The notes beneath the pieces were generated by a model. The model was not told the origin of the DNA, ran no database searches, and worked only from the letters and a program-made list of their open reading frames with translations. A program made the position numbers and the translations under genes. 64,000 nt of DNA from Azolla caroliniana (Eukaryota > Plantae > Polypodiophyta): assembly GCA_043228905.1 (NCBI GenBank), contig JBHGNT010000018.1, forward strand, positions 14,136,001-14,200,000, given 5' to 3'. Numbering within the stretch: position 1 is the first letter of the stretch; each line of letters opens with the position of its first letter. Below, in pieces: positions 11,501 through 23,045 of this stretch.

Positions 11501-13924
11501 GGCGAAATGGGATACCGACTCTGGGACCCCGAACGCAGACAAATCGTTCGAAGTTCGGACGTTGTGTTCAACGAGTCGGCTATGACTCCATCAGTCGAAA
11601 AACCGATCGAAGTCCGAAGGGTAACATTTTCCGATGTGCCGACCCTTCAAGAAGGCCCCGCTCTCAACACACGGTCAGCTTCACGGGTAGCTGAACCTTA
11701 CACTACCGACTCGGACAACTCTGACTCGGCACAGCCGAATGATTCGGTTTCGGACCATCCGACCTTGATACCCGATGCGACCAGTCCAATCATACCTCGA
11801 CGATCCGAGAGACTGTCGCAACCTCCGGAGAGGTATTCTCCTGGAATTTTCTTCACCGACGCCGGCGAACCGACGTCTTACGAAGAAGCATCGACATCTG
11901 TCGATTCCGCCACCTGGCATCTGGCGATGGAGTCGGAAATGCACTCCATTCGGGCAAACAAGACTTGGGATCTGGTCGAATTACCTAGGAACCGACGTGC
12001 TCTTCCTTGCAAGTGGGTCTATCGACTAAAAGAGACGTCTGATTCGACCACCCCAAAGTACAAGGCCAGATTAGTTGCGAAGGGCTTCCGACAAGAATAT
12101 GGTGTCGACTTCGACGAGATTTTTTCACCAGTGGTGAAAATGACAACCCTTCGTTTCCTACTCGGCGTAGTGGCAGCCGACAACTTGGAGCTGATTCAGC
12201 TAGATGTCAAAACAGCATTCCTCCATGGTGATCTTGACGAGGAAATTTATATGGAGCAGCCAAAAGGCTTCGTGGCAACCGGCCAAGAACATCTAGTCTG
12301 CCGACTCAGGAAGAGTCTATACGGCCTCAAACAGGCACCGCGACAATGGTACAAGAAGTTCGACGACTTCATCCAATCGATCGGCTTCTCAAAAAGCGAT
12401 GAGGACCATTGTCTCTTCACCAACACAGCTCAAGATGGATCACCCATCTTCCTCATCATTTACGTGGACGACATGCTAATTTCTGGACGCCACGCGGGCG
12501 CACTTGCCGATCTCATTCGGCAACTGCGGTTGAAGTTTGCCATGAAGGACCTCGGTCCTACACGACACATACTCGGCATGAAGATTAGTCGGCATCGCGA
12601 TAAACGACATCTTTTTTTGTCTCAGACCGACTATATCGGACGTGTCTTGGAACGCTTCAACATGCAATCAGCCAAATCTGCTTCAACCCCACTCCCCATG
12701 AATCTTCGGCTCTCTCAGCGAGACTGCCCGACATCCGGTCCGGAGGGGGAAGATATGAAGTCGGTACCGTATGCACCGGCAGTCGGCTCCCTTATGTACC
12801 TGATGGTCGCGACACGGCCTGATATTTCTCACGCCGTAGGAGTCGTTAGCAGATTCATGCACAATCCTGGCCGATCGCATTGGAACGCAGTCAAGCATGT
12901 GTTCAGATATCTGGCTGGCACAAAAGACCATGGCATTCTTTTCGGTCCGAACCGAACCTCAGGCGTAGTCGGTTACACCGACTCGGACTTCGCCGGCTGT
13001 ATAGACAGTCGGAAATCAACAACCGGATACTGCTTCAAATTCGGCAATGGAGCAATCTCGTGGAAGTCGAAACTTCAGGAGTGCACAGCGACCTCAACGA
13101 CCGAAGCAGAATATGTAGCTGCGTCCGACGCAGCAAAAGAAGCTTTGTGGCTCGGTCGGCTGGCGCACACGTTTCGACAAGTCGACCATGACTCGGCTCC
13201 AGTTGTCTACAGCGACAGTCAAGGTGCTGTTGCCCTGTCAAAAAATCCGGTTCACCACAACGCCTCCAAGCATATCGACGTTCGATATCACTTCGTTCGG
13301 GACTGCGTCATTTCAGGGAAAATCGGTCTAGAGAAAATATCCACAACCGACAATGTCGCAGATGGAATGACCAAATGTCTCTCGGCAGACCGTTTTCGGT
13401 CTCTTCGGCATCAGATGGGCGTAACGACAAACCAGTCCGGTTAGAGCCGGACACAGAGCAGGATGGTTCTCGACAACCGACATCTGTTCCTTAATGATCG
13501 GCTTCGACTGTTCCGACCCGACCAGTTCGGTCTTCTGTCTTCGGATCCTGCCGACTCGAACAAAGCTGATATGTCCGAGAACCTAAGTCTATACCTGTAA
13601 TCTTAGATAACCCATGTATACGCCCATTACGGGGGAGTGTCGAATACATGTGTATAATGGACGTATTCACACTATCCCGTTTTGGCCATTTATGTAATTA
13701 GCATAAAGGGTAGTTGCCCTAAGTCAGTCACTATATATAGTGACCTTGTAACCTCTTTGTGAGGTTGGTTGTTGTATTATTTGCCTTATGAAATAAGAAA
13801 CTCTTTTGTGCCTCTCTCTCTCTCTCTCTCTCTCTGTGCAACGACCTACATTCTGTCATACGCAGGGAATAAACAGGAATCGAGTGCTTCAAGATCTTCC
13901 GCACTGACGACATTGCTTCCAACA
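8544..13924 (+). mobile_element. Intact full-length Ty1/Copia (family B)
   Basis: LTRs 8544-8828 and 13638-13924 look identical except one TC unit. TSD GGATC at 8539-8543 and 13925-13929. PBS TGGTATCAGAGC (tRNA-iMet) at 8831-8842. PPT GGGGGAG at 13631-13637. Confidence 0.98.
9431..13444 (+). CDS. Copia Gag-Pol polyprotein (gag, CCHC knuckle, protease, integrase, RT, RNase H)
   Basis: Uninterrupted ~1337-aa ORF containing CNYCKKPGHIKADC, WLLDSGAS, WHRRLGH...CEHC, HSDVCGP/RTDNGGEF/AERMNRTI, YVDDML and YTDSDFAG...ADGMTK, in Copia domain order. Confidence 0.97.
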   Translation: MASTSGSSEMSLRKFDGSNFNFWKEQMQDYLIVKGQIDPIENEEPPEGYKPIEWQKLDRIVRATIRMHLSESVYFTVQSCTTAFELWKTLSDTYEKKVAATKMFLIRRLYNLRMKESDSVQAHLNEYESISSQISSQGTAIEDELRAMILMSSLPSSWETFVTTVCNASTTAVKYSEVTSAILTEAARRKSFAKDSTDDAYVVQGSTDRSNIRGRDSSRPPNNQRRRSQSRDNRICNYCKKPGHIKADCRALKNKNNKKSGRHEEINYVSFSTDVLPDDPNILSIENPVGSEVLLTTEESSTWLLDSGASFHVTPHRSQFRQYTIRHSDSVRVGNSQHCDIIGIGTVELNLAGGSTLVLHNVRHVPELSRPLISVGQLDEDGIRAGFSSGGWTLHRGNLLLARGPKIHALYPLHVTLREGNLFLVDIPVSSLWHRRLGHLSKAGITHLSRAGYIPKLSFSDHQFCEHCQYGKQVAAPHPTSAPRETRPLDLVHSDVCGPMPHQSLGGASYFVTFIDDSTRKVWAYPIRTKDRVFSIFSDWLAMVENQTDRKLKCFRTDNGGEFKSEEFVKFCRQRGIRREFTAPHSPEQNGIAERMNRTIQERIVSMLQHSRLSDGFWAEALLTAVHIINMSPSRPLGLQIPQELWIGSKPNYDKLRIFGCEAYALIPKNDRRKLAPRSRKCIFLGYGSDGEMGYRLWDPERRQIVRSSDVVFNESAMTPSVEKPIEVRRVTFSDVPTLQEGPALNTRSASRVAEPYTTDSDNSDSAQPNDSVSDHPTLIPDATSPIIPRRSERLSQPPERYSPGIFFTDAGEPTSYEEASTSVDSATWHLAMESEMHSIRANKTWDLVELPRNRRALPCKWVYRLKETSDSTTPKYKARLVAKGFRQEYGVDFDEIFSPVVKMTTLRFLLGVVAADNLELIQLDVKTAFLHGDLDEEIYMEQPKGFVATGQEHLVCRLRKSLYGLKQAPRQWYKKFDDFIQSIGFSKSDEDHCLFTNTAQDGSPIFLIIYVDDMLISGRHAGALADLIRQLRLKFAMKDLGPTRHILGMKISRHRDKRHLFLSQTDYIGRVLERFNMQSAKSASTPLPMNLRLSQRDCPTSGPEGEDMKSVPYAPAVGSLMYLMVATRPDISHAVGVVSRFMHNPGRSHWNAVKHVFRYLAGTKDHGILFGPNRTSGVVGYTDSDFAGCIDSRKSTTGYCFKFGNGAISWKSKLQECTATSTTEAEYVAASDAAKEALWLGRLAHTFRQVDHDSAPVVYSDSQGAVALSKNPVHHNASKHIDVRYHFVRDCVISGKIGLEKISTTDNVADGMTKCLSADRFRSLRHQMGVTTNQSG

Positions 13925-14749
13925 GGATCGTGGTGGTAGTGTCTGTGGCAGTCGGTTCTTCTACATGACTCCTTCTGGTGTCGCTCCGCCTTGCTCGCGC
14001 TCCTTGCCCGGTCCGGTCCTGTTTGTCACGACCCTTCTAGTTCTGCGCACCTCGACCTTGTCAGTCGGCTTGTCTGCTCAACATGCCCATTTTAGCTCCC
14101 TCGCTGCTGCAACTCCGGCGCTTGTCGACCCGTCAGTTCCTCCGTGTTGGCGTCGACTTCCGCTACGTCCGTGTCCGCTTGGCCTTTAGTTGATCCGACT
14201 CCTCCGAATCCAATTGTTGAAGCGAATCGGTTGTCTCCGATTCATTCCCGCTCTTGTCTGAGTCAGTGTTCTCCAACTCGTCTTCCGGTTTCAGGCCCTC
14301 ACCACATCAAACCATGTCCAGGTCTTGGCCTTCTTCTTCCGGTCGGCTTTGTCCTTCTTGACTCTACCGCCACTGCCACTCATTCCGACTTCCTTCACCG
14401 ACTCAGATTCCTTTTTCCTCTTGTCTCCCCCTTTGTTGGTTCTTCCCTTTCCGGTTCCATGTCCGGTGCCGTCAGTAGTTTCTTTGCCTTTGCTCGTTCT
14501 CCCCCTCAAGTGCGGCACGTCGAGATGCTAAACACCAAGAATTTCGGTGAAGTGATGCAACTTATCTGATCCAAGCGGTTTGGTGAAGATGTCGGCAACC
14601 TGCCAATCCGTCTGAACATAACGAAGTTTGACTTCACCGTTCAGGACCTGCTCACGCACGAAGTGATAATGCACTTCTATGTGCTTTGTTCAAGCATGGA
14701 ATACGGGGTTCTTGGTAAGCTGTATGTTGCTTATGTTGTCGCAGTAGAT

Positions 14750-16224
14750 TGTTACCGGCCGGCAAAATAGTCCAGAGTGTGAAACGGAGGAGTTATTTAA
14801 TTATTAAGGAATGGTTGTAAGTAAGCTATTAGTGTGGACGGACGGACCGGAATCGGTATGCCGTTCTGGATCCGGACCGATCCCAAACAGGTGCGGATGG
14901 CACCGTTTTGTACTACAAATCGGAAACCTATTTAAAGGCCCGGATGCAATGTAATGTTCAGCGGATAATTAATGAAGCTTAGTGTTTTTATCTCTCTGTG
15001 TTAATTGTCGTTCTGCATTCATTGTTATATCTTACGCGTGTGATTATTAAGGACGATCTTGCTAAGTAACCTAATTAAGTCGGATTAATCGTTGAGCCTA
15101 ATCCTCTTGCCGTAACACCCCTTTGGTGAAGTGTCTTCCGTAGACACCCTGTGTTAGGCCATTGTCCGGCCCTAAGAGTTAACACAGTTTTTGGCGGACA
15201 AAGTGGGCACAAAATACGGCGGAACTCCAGTTGCTACGGGCAGACGTGGAAAACCGGCGGAAGGAAGGAGATGATTGTTACATGTTGACTTCCGAGGACT
15301 TCACCGCCATACGGGACGAACTGGCTGAAGACTTCCAAGTCATGGCGGATGAACAGCTGGTGCAGGTCCGGCAACTCGTAGCTCAGCTAGACGATGATAG
15401 GCTAGACGCTCAAATCTAGTTTGAAAGCTATGAGCGGTCCCGGGTTCGGGAAGAAAAAGCACGGGAAGCGGCAACGGTTAACCTTAGTGATGAGGAACCA
15501 TCGCCGGCCGAGGGCTAGGCCGGAACCAGTCAACCGGAGACCACTACGACGGAGGGAGCAACGACGGAAACGCCGGTGTCAGAGCAACAAATGGAGGAGC
15601 AGCTGCAGCAGCCACCAACGGACCAGTCGCAGCAGCCATCAACGGAACAACAACAACAACAACAACAACCAATTCCAGATGAACCATTGGAGACTCTCGA
15701 ACAAAGCATTCTGGATATTTTGGACGAAGAATAGCAAGGGTCGGATGGTGGATTCGACGTACAAGGTATTGTCCCACGGGCGTGGCATGTGTTACCGGCC
15801 GACAAAGTAGTCCAGAGTGTGAAACGAAGGAGTTATTTAATTATTAAGGAATGGTTGTAAGTAAGTTATTAGTGTGGACGGACGGACCGGAATTGGCATG
15901 CCGTTCCGGATCCGGACTGATCCCGAACAGGTGCGAATGGCACCGTTTTGTACTACAAACCGGAAACCTATTTAAAGACCCGGATGCAATGTAATGTTCA
16001 TCGGATAATTAATGAAGCTTAGTGTTTTTATCTCTCTGTGTTAATTGTCGTTCTGCATTCATTGTTATATCTTATGCGTGTGATTATTAAGGACGATCTT
16101 GCTAAGTAACCTAATTAAGTTGGATTAATCATTGAGCCTAATCCTCTTGCCGTAACACCCCTTTGGTGAAGTGTCTTCCGTAGACACCCTGTGTTAGGCC
16201 ATTGTCCGGCCCTAAGAGTTAACA
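14750..16224 (+). mobile_element. Small non-autonomous LTR element (family C), 1475 bp
   Basis: LTRs 14750-15184 and 15790-16224 (435 bp each, TG..CA). TSD TAGAT at 14745-14749 and 16225-16229. Putative PBS TGGCGGACAAAGTGGG after a CAGTTTT spacer. 605-bp interior has no gag/pol motifs. Confidence 0.93.
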
Positions 16225-19200
16225 TAGATTAGGATCGGGGTCAGCACCTCAATCCAGAGATCTCGTAGCAACCGCCGAAGCCAGATGGCTTCACAGGTGG
16301 CATTGGTAGTGCCCCGGTATTCAGCCTTAGTGCTCGATAGAGCCATTGTTGGTTGCTTTTTGCTGCTCCATGCAACAGCTACGCTACCAAGGGAAAACAT
16401 GTACCCGGAGGTGGATCGGCGATCCGATGCATCACTAACCCAGTTGGCATCTGTGTATCCGACTAACTCTTCAGTTATACCATGCCATTATAATAGACCC
16501 CGGTCCTTCATGCCGCTCACATACCGCAATATTTGATGCGCGCACTGAAGGTGCTCCATGGTTGGCTTCTACATGAATTGGCTGATCACTCTGACCGGAT
16601 AACTGATGTCGGGTCGGGTGATTGTCAAGTATATTAGGCTTCCGACTATTTGTCAGAACTGTTTCTCATCGCAGACCGGTCCGGAGTTGGGTCATAGCTT
16701 CAGGTTCCGGTCCAGGGGTGTAGAGCTCGGTCGACATTCCGTCATGCCGAACTTGTACAACATATTCAGCACATAATGTCTTTGTGAGAGCAATATACCG
16801 TCGGGGGTTCAGATCACTTCGATCCCAAGGAAATAATGAAGGTCCCCCAGGTCCTTCATCTCAAATGCGTCCGATAATTGGGCCTTGACACAACCGATTT
16901 CAGTGAGTCCAGATCCGGTGATGACTAAATCATCTACATAAAGTAAGATGCAAACCAGACCTTGCCAGATGAACAACGATGAGTCGGATTTAAAGGTCAC
17001 AAACCCCATCTTACGCAACCGGTGCGTGATCTTCGCATTCCAAGCTCGGGGGGCTTGTTTCAAACCATAAATCGACTTCTTAAGCCGGCACACCGCCGAC
17101 TTGTTCATCTCCAACTGAAAACCGGGAGGTTGGATCATATAGACCCATTCTTTAAGGTCACCTTGAAGAAACACATTCTTCATGTCCATCTGATGAAGAT
17201 GTCACCCCCTTGCCGCAGCAACCGCCAGTACCACACGAACCGTCATCATCTTCGCTACCGGAGTGAAGGTCTCATCGTAGTAGATTCCGTGGGTCTATGC
17301 GTATCCCTTCGCCACTAACCGGGCCTTGTACTTTACCTTGTACACCCATTTGCAACTGATAAGTTTACAGTGTCAGGGAGGGTCAACGAGGTCCCATGTG
17401 TTGTTGGCATTGAGTGCCCACATTTCTTCTTCCATAGCGGCACGCCAATTTGCGTCCTTTGCCGCTTCTGCATAGCTCTCCGGCTCACGCACTTCCGCCA
17501 CTTTGGTGGGAATAAAGGGTCAACGTGCCTTTTATTAGTGCACAAGTGTGAACGCACTCGTAGCACAGTTTTGACTTGTATATACTTAATATCTAAAAAC
17601 CAAAAAAGAGGTACACTCTTTGTTTAGCCTTGTGCTTCATTGCGAAGGTTGGCCCTTTACCGATCTTCCCGGTTCTGGATCCTTTCGATCCTTCTGCGTA
17701 GTGCGAGCTTTGTCGGTTTTACCGACTGGTTTTCCCGGATCCGGATTTGTCCGAATCGGTGTGCTTCTTCCAGCACTCGCTTTCCTTGGACCCACTCGCG
17801 TGGTTTTCTTCGATCATCAACATCGATTGCAAGTCGAAGAAAGTTGGTGGTTTCTCCCGGGTGCAAATCGTTGTCCGGATTGGCCTGTACCGTTGTGCTA
17901 GACCACCGAGGTAGATATGTACCATCTCGTCTTCGTCCACCATCACATTGATGGACCCAAATGCATCTCAAATCTCCTTTAGCTTGATGGTGTAATTCGT
18001 AACTGACATGTCTCTTTGTCGGATGTTGTTCAGCTCTTGTCAGAGCTACAACTTACGGGTTGTGGTACTCACGGCGAAAATCTTCCTCAGATTTCCCCAG
18101 GCCTCCTTCAGTGTTTTTGTATCCTTTATGTAGCCGAGCATCTGGTCATGCACACAAGACACGAGGCAGCACAATACTCGGCTCACTCCTTGCTCCCATA
18201 CCGGGAAATCACTATGTGTCGGCTCCAGTGCTACCTTGTTCATTCCTTCCACGAAGCTCCAATATCCATGCCCCAGCAAGTACTGGTGCATCTTGTATGA
18301 CCAAGACGTGTAGTTGCACCGATCGAGCTTCTTTGTTGGAAGTGAACTCTCCATAGCTCTGTCCATATCTTCTCTCTGTTTGTTGTTACCGGGTTCTAGG
18401 GTTCGTCTACGAAAGCAAGTGTCGATTGCAGTGGTTCTCAACCCTCGCACTCTGATGCCATGTGAATGTTAACGTGCGAAAGCGTTAGACAGCTCAACCG
18501 GATAGAAACAAGGCTATTTATACAAAGTCCATAAAGGACTGACATGTACTTCAATGCTCATATCGACTGACACTAACTACAAGACAATGATTACCTAGTA
18601 ATCTAGGCTACTACTAGGCTTCCGGTTCTCGCTCAAATCCAGCTCTCTGATCCGTCTCCCCGATCCAACCGGTTGTATCCGGATACCATCCAAATACCGA
18701 TCCGGATCCGATTGAGCTTGTTTGCTCAACAAGGAGATCCTCACCTCTAGAAACATGCTGGAGGAATTTGGATAGGGGATGATACATCTCATTCCTAAAA
18801 GTGGTGGGAGTGCCAACGACATTAGCAAGTGGCAGCCCATAACTCTTCTTAATATTGTCTATAAGTTGCTCGCAAAAATCGTGGCACGCCGTTTAACACC
18901 AGTTCTCCCTCAACTCATTCATCCATCCCAAACAGGTTTCGTTAGAAATCGGAGCATCCTAGACAACCGCTTCTCATTCTAGGAAGCAGTAGCCCTTGCC
19001 AAGCGTACCAACAACAAGGTAGCGGTGGTGCTACTAGATTTTCAGAAAGCATATGACAGGGTATGCTAGAACTTTCTAGAAAGTGCGATGGGGAAACTCG
19101 GCTTTCAAGAGACATGGATCAAAGGCATTGCAGGACTTTATAGGAACAATAGTAGTTGCGTTTCACTAGCAGGTGAAAGGGGCCCCTTTTTTCGAATATC

Positions 19201-21973
19201 CCGATCTATACGACAGGGATGCCCACTAGCTCCATCCTTATTTCTATTATACGCCGAAGCACTCTCTTGCTTTCTCAACTTGCGGCATCTCAACCTACAT
19301 GGTCTTCCCGTACCTCATTCTCACCAAAGCATCCTGGATATAGAATTTGCAGATGACACAACGGTCTACCTACAAGGGGACTTGGAAAACCTCCAAAAGC
19401 TAGAAAGTGGGTTAGCCGTATTTTGCAAGAGATCCGATGCCATGATCAATTGGCACAAATCCTATGCAATATGGCTTTCTCATGAAACACATCCTGCGTG
19501 GCACCCACATCCCTCTTTCAAATGGATCAATCAAGGAGCGAGCACCAAATATTTGGGTTTCCAAATTGGTTTCAATATACCGTCGGAGACTATGATTGCA
19601 CCCGTTGTCCATTCCATTTGGCAAAAGTTGATATATTGGAATTCGAAAAAACTGTCACTAGCGGGTCGCATCATAGTGGAAAACCAGGTACTACGCGCAA
19701 TAGCATGGTACAGTCTATCATGTTGGACAATCTCCAAGGAAGGTATACATTAGATTCAACGACTAGTACGCAACTACATTTGGTTTGGTAAGGAAGATCA
19801 TGTAACTCGCGCCAAGGTGGCATGGCCTATACTCACAACACCTAAGTTGAGAGGGGGATTGGGTCTTATTGATACCCTTTCACAATCAAAAGCCTTACTT
19901 GCCAAATTTGTGGTGTGAGGACTCCAACCAGGAAATGACTATTGGAAAATGCTACTACGGTTACGTTTCACTTACTTTAGGCCACGAAAAGGGGTCAATT
20001 GGGCCCCCCAAACGGGATGGATTCTAAACATGGATCTCAAATCTAGTTTCTCCCGCCAATTGGAGGATAGATTCAGTGCATTCATGTGGAAGGCATGGTG
20101 TGACATTAGACGAGGGCTCAAGTGCGATCAACCGAGTTTCAAACCTGCTTGGCTCAGTCAACATATCCTATGGAACCCATGTATCAAGGATGAATCTAAT
20201 CAACTACTGGGATCACGTAAAGGGTTGTCATGGGGATACATTGCAGAAGGTCCAGGAAAAAGTATAGAATGTTGCAGACGGTTTATGTCACTGCCACTAC
20301 AAGATCAAGCCAACATACTCCATGGAATCAGGGGCGGATGGACTATGAGATCGGAAATCGTTAATGCTCTACTGATTAGGGAAGTTGCTACTCAAAGGAT
20401 GACAATGGAGAAATGGATAGGCTACAAGGAGGAGGGATCTTTGATCCCGAGAGGTAGGGGAACACCAGACAGGATCAAAGGCTCTGAATTGCGAGACACT
20501 GAGACACCAACACAAAATAACGCAATTCGAGTACTCGTGTATACTGGTCATAAATGGATTGTAGATCCTGATCTGATCAAAGTACAACCCGATTGGCACA
20601 TATGTACTCATGAAAACACATGGGTACGTAAGGTCAAGTGGGACCCTTTGCAATGGACATGGCGTGATCCTTGTGCGGGGCAAGGAAGCAACACATCCCT
20701 TTCTTCCAATTCACAACTAGATTGGGTCGCCACATTCTAGTTGCTCAAACCGCCCGAGAGCCAGCTACTGCAAAGGTCTAGCATACATTTCAAGTTCCTC
20801 ACACAATTATCACCAAGTTTTGGTAGAAAATCTGGAAACAACAACACGCAAGGCGAATTACCACGTTCCAATGGCTATTAATACATAAGTCATTACCGGT
20901 GGGAGCATGGCAACGTGGGAACCTTAGCTCTCCTAATTGTGTAGAGTGCCCAAATGCAGTAGAATCAATACGACACGCTCTGTGGGACTACCCAACGTCC
21001 CATCGAATATGGCGGGGAATTGGCTGCTTGTTGCAATTACGACGGGTGCAAGGCTCCATCAAGTGGGGAAATATATGTTGGCTATCATGGTAGACCCCAG
21101 TTGGTAGATATGAGCATCAAGAGGAGGGAATGACTTTGGTGAGAAAAGCACAAGAGGTTTTTTTCTCCACCAACGGCAATGTCCACTCAACTCCTCTTAA
21201 TGACAAATCTCAAGTTGTGTTGGAATTCGTCAGCCCAATAACTCTTTGGATTCTATGAAAACAACGGTGTAGACGGGTTTTCTCCAACCAAAGCGTGCAT
21301 CCAACAAGGTTATTGCAAGAGATATGGAGTGAAATTGTAGCCACTCTAAAGAGCCAATATGATTGCCTCAAGGGCGGCTCCGATGGAGTTGAAAGACAAC
21401 GAATAGCCTTCATCCAACAATGGTTGTCCTCTCTCTTTCTTGAGTCAATGGGCATCCACATAAGATGGAACTATCGCGTCCCTAGTGGGATTTGTACATA
21501 ATAGTCTCATTTGTAAAATTTTATAACTAATGGAAGGAGTTTTTTTTGAAAAAGAAAGAAAAGAAAAGAAAAGAAAATGATCCATATCAATGTCTCTTGG
21601 AATCTATAATACAAGTTAAAATACTTATAAAACTCATTTAAAGATGCATAATATTTAAAGCATTGGCACAAACAATGTCACAAGGATGCCAAAACTTTTA
21701 TATTCCTTTACATCAAAAGCTCCTCACCAATACTAGATTATATACACAAAAGACATTAGACCAAAGCTCGATCACATATTCACTAAGGATAATTAACCAA
21801 AATTTCTTCCCCAACATGCAATGATCTAATAGCTGACACAATAACACAAATTGTGACATCTCAAATTCATATACTCAAGTATATGGCTATTACTACATTG
21901 CACAGAGTTACAAGTTGCTCGATTATGCCTCCCTCAAATGTTGTTTATAATGTCAACTATATTTCATTGAGAC

Positions 21974-23045
21974 TATGGTCTCCCATCTATATAAGTTCTT
22001 TCAAGCCACGAGCATTCCAAGTTTCCTTAGAGAGGTAACATTTGCATGAAGGCCATATGTTGTCATGATTTTGGTGAATTGTATTTATTGATGCATGTAG
22101 TCAAAGTATACTTAGGCTTCAAAAGAACAATAGTGTGATCTTTAAATGGTGAGGGACATGTAGATCCTATGGGATGAAGAAGCCTCGATCAACATCATAA
22201 GAGATTGTAGATATCAACAACAATGGGTTGGTTTGGGAGTCTCAAACTCAATCTGTTTTTAAATTTGAAACTTAAACCGAAGCAGGAACTTGTTAAACCA
22301 AATTTGTTTAAACAAAAATCATTTAAACCAAAATGTTAGAGGAATATCCACGCTTTAAACAAATAGTTCACACAGAGATATCAGAGGAGTACATATTTCA
22401 TTCCATTTTTATTATTTCCGGAGATGCCATTTGGTCGAGAGGGTAGGGGCATTTTGGGGAATGAAGAAAAAGGACAAATGACAAGGCTATACATATGTCT
22501 TTATTGATTCAATTCACTTGGAGAAGGAGAGAAAGAGAGTTGAGTGGTTTTACTCTGCGCATATTTATTTGGTTATGTAGCTTTTTTGTTGTCAATGTTA
22601 GTGGATGCAATCAAATGTACTGTTTTTGTTTAGCAAAGAAATTGGGAGGTTTATGAGTGAAATTGAGAGTATGGTCTCCCATCTATATAGGTTCTTTCAA
22701 GCCAAAAGCATTCCAAGTTTTCTTAGAGAGGTAGCATTTGCATGAAGACCATGTGTTGTCATGCTTTTGGTGAAATGTACTAATTGATGCCATGTAGTCC
22801 ATGTATACATAGGCCACAAAAGAACATTAGTGTGACCTCTAAATGGCGACGAACATGTAGATCTTATTAGATGAAGAAGCCTCGATCAACATCTTAAGAG
22901 ATTGCAGATAGCAATCAACAATGGGTTGGTTTTAAAAATTAAAACTTAAACCGAACTAGGAACTTGTTAAACCAAATTTGTTTAAACAAAAATTGTTCAA
23001 ACAAAATCATTAGCGGAATTTCCAAGCTTAAACCAAATAGTTCAA
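21974..23045 (+). repeat. Diverged direct duplication (~400 bp) upstream of LSM7
   Basis: 21974-~22370 matches 22671-~23045 (TATGGTCTCCCATCTATATA...). 22375-22565 also matches 23913-24215. Confidence 0.85.

Larger units (their letters stand above)
8091..18731 (-). mobile_element. Ty1/Copia family A copy A1, internally deleted, hosting two nested elements
   Basis: 3' LTR 8091-8512, 5' LTR 18461-18731 (shortened by internal deletion), TSD AGGAG at 8086-8090 and 18732-18736. PPT AGGGGGAG at 8513-8520; mutated PBS at 18448-18460. Gag ~17630-18355, RT (YVDD) 16809-17189, RNase H fragments; PR and IN missing. Confidence 0.93.
8023..21572 (+). mobile_element. 5'-truncated L1-type LINE (pseudogenised ORF2), split by the Copia at 8091-18731
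   Basis: TSD GAAAATGATCC at 8012-8022 and 21573-21583. ORF2 reads LTPDFFTCLWDTIKEDLLQAYEE|ILTSRNML across the Copia insertion. RT motifs RQGCPLAP and FADD (19088-19753), zf-RVT CVECPNAVESIRHALW, and a (GAAAA)n tail. Stops and frameshifts present. Confidence 0.92.
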
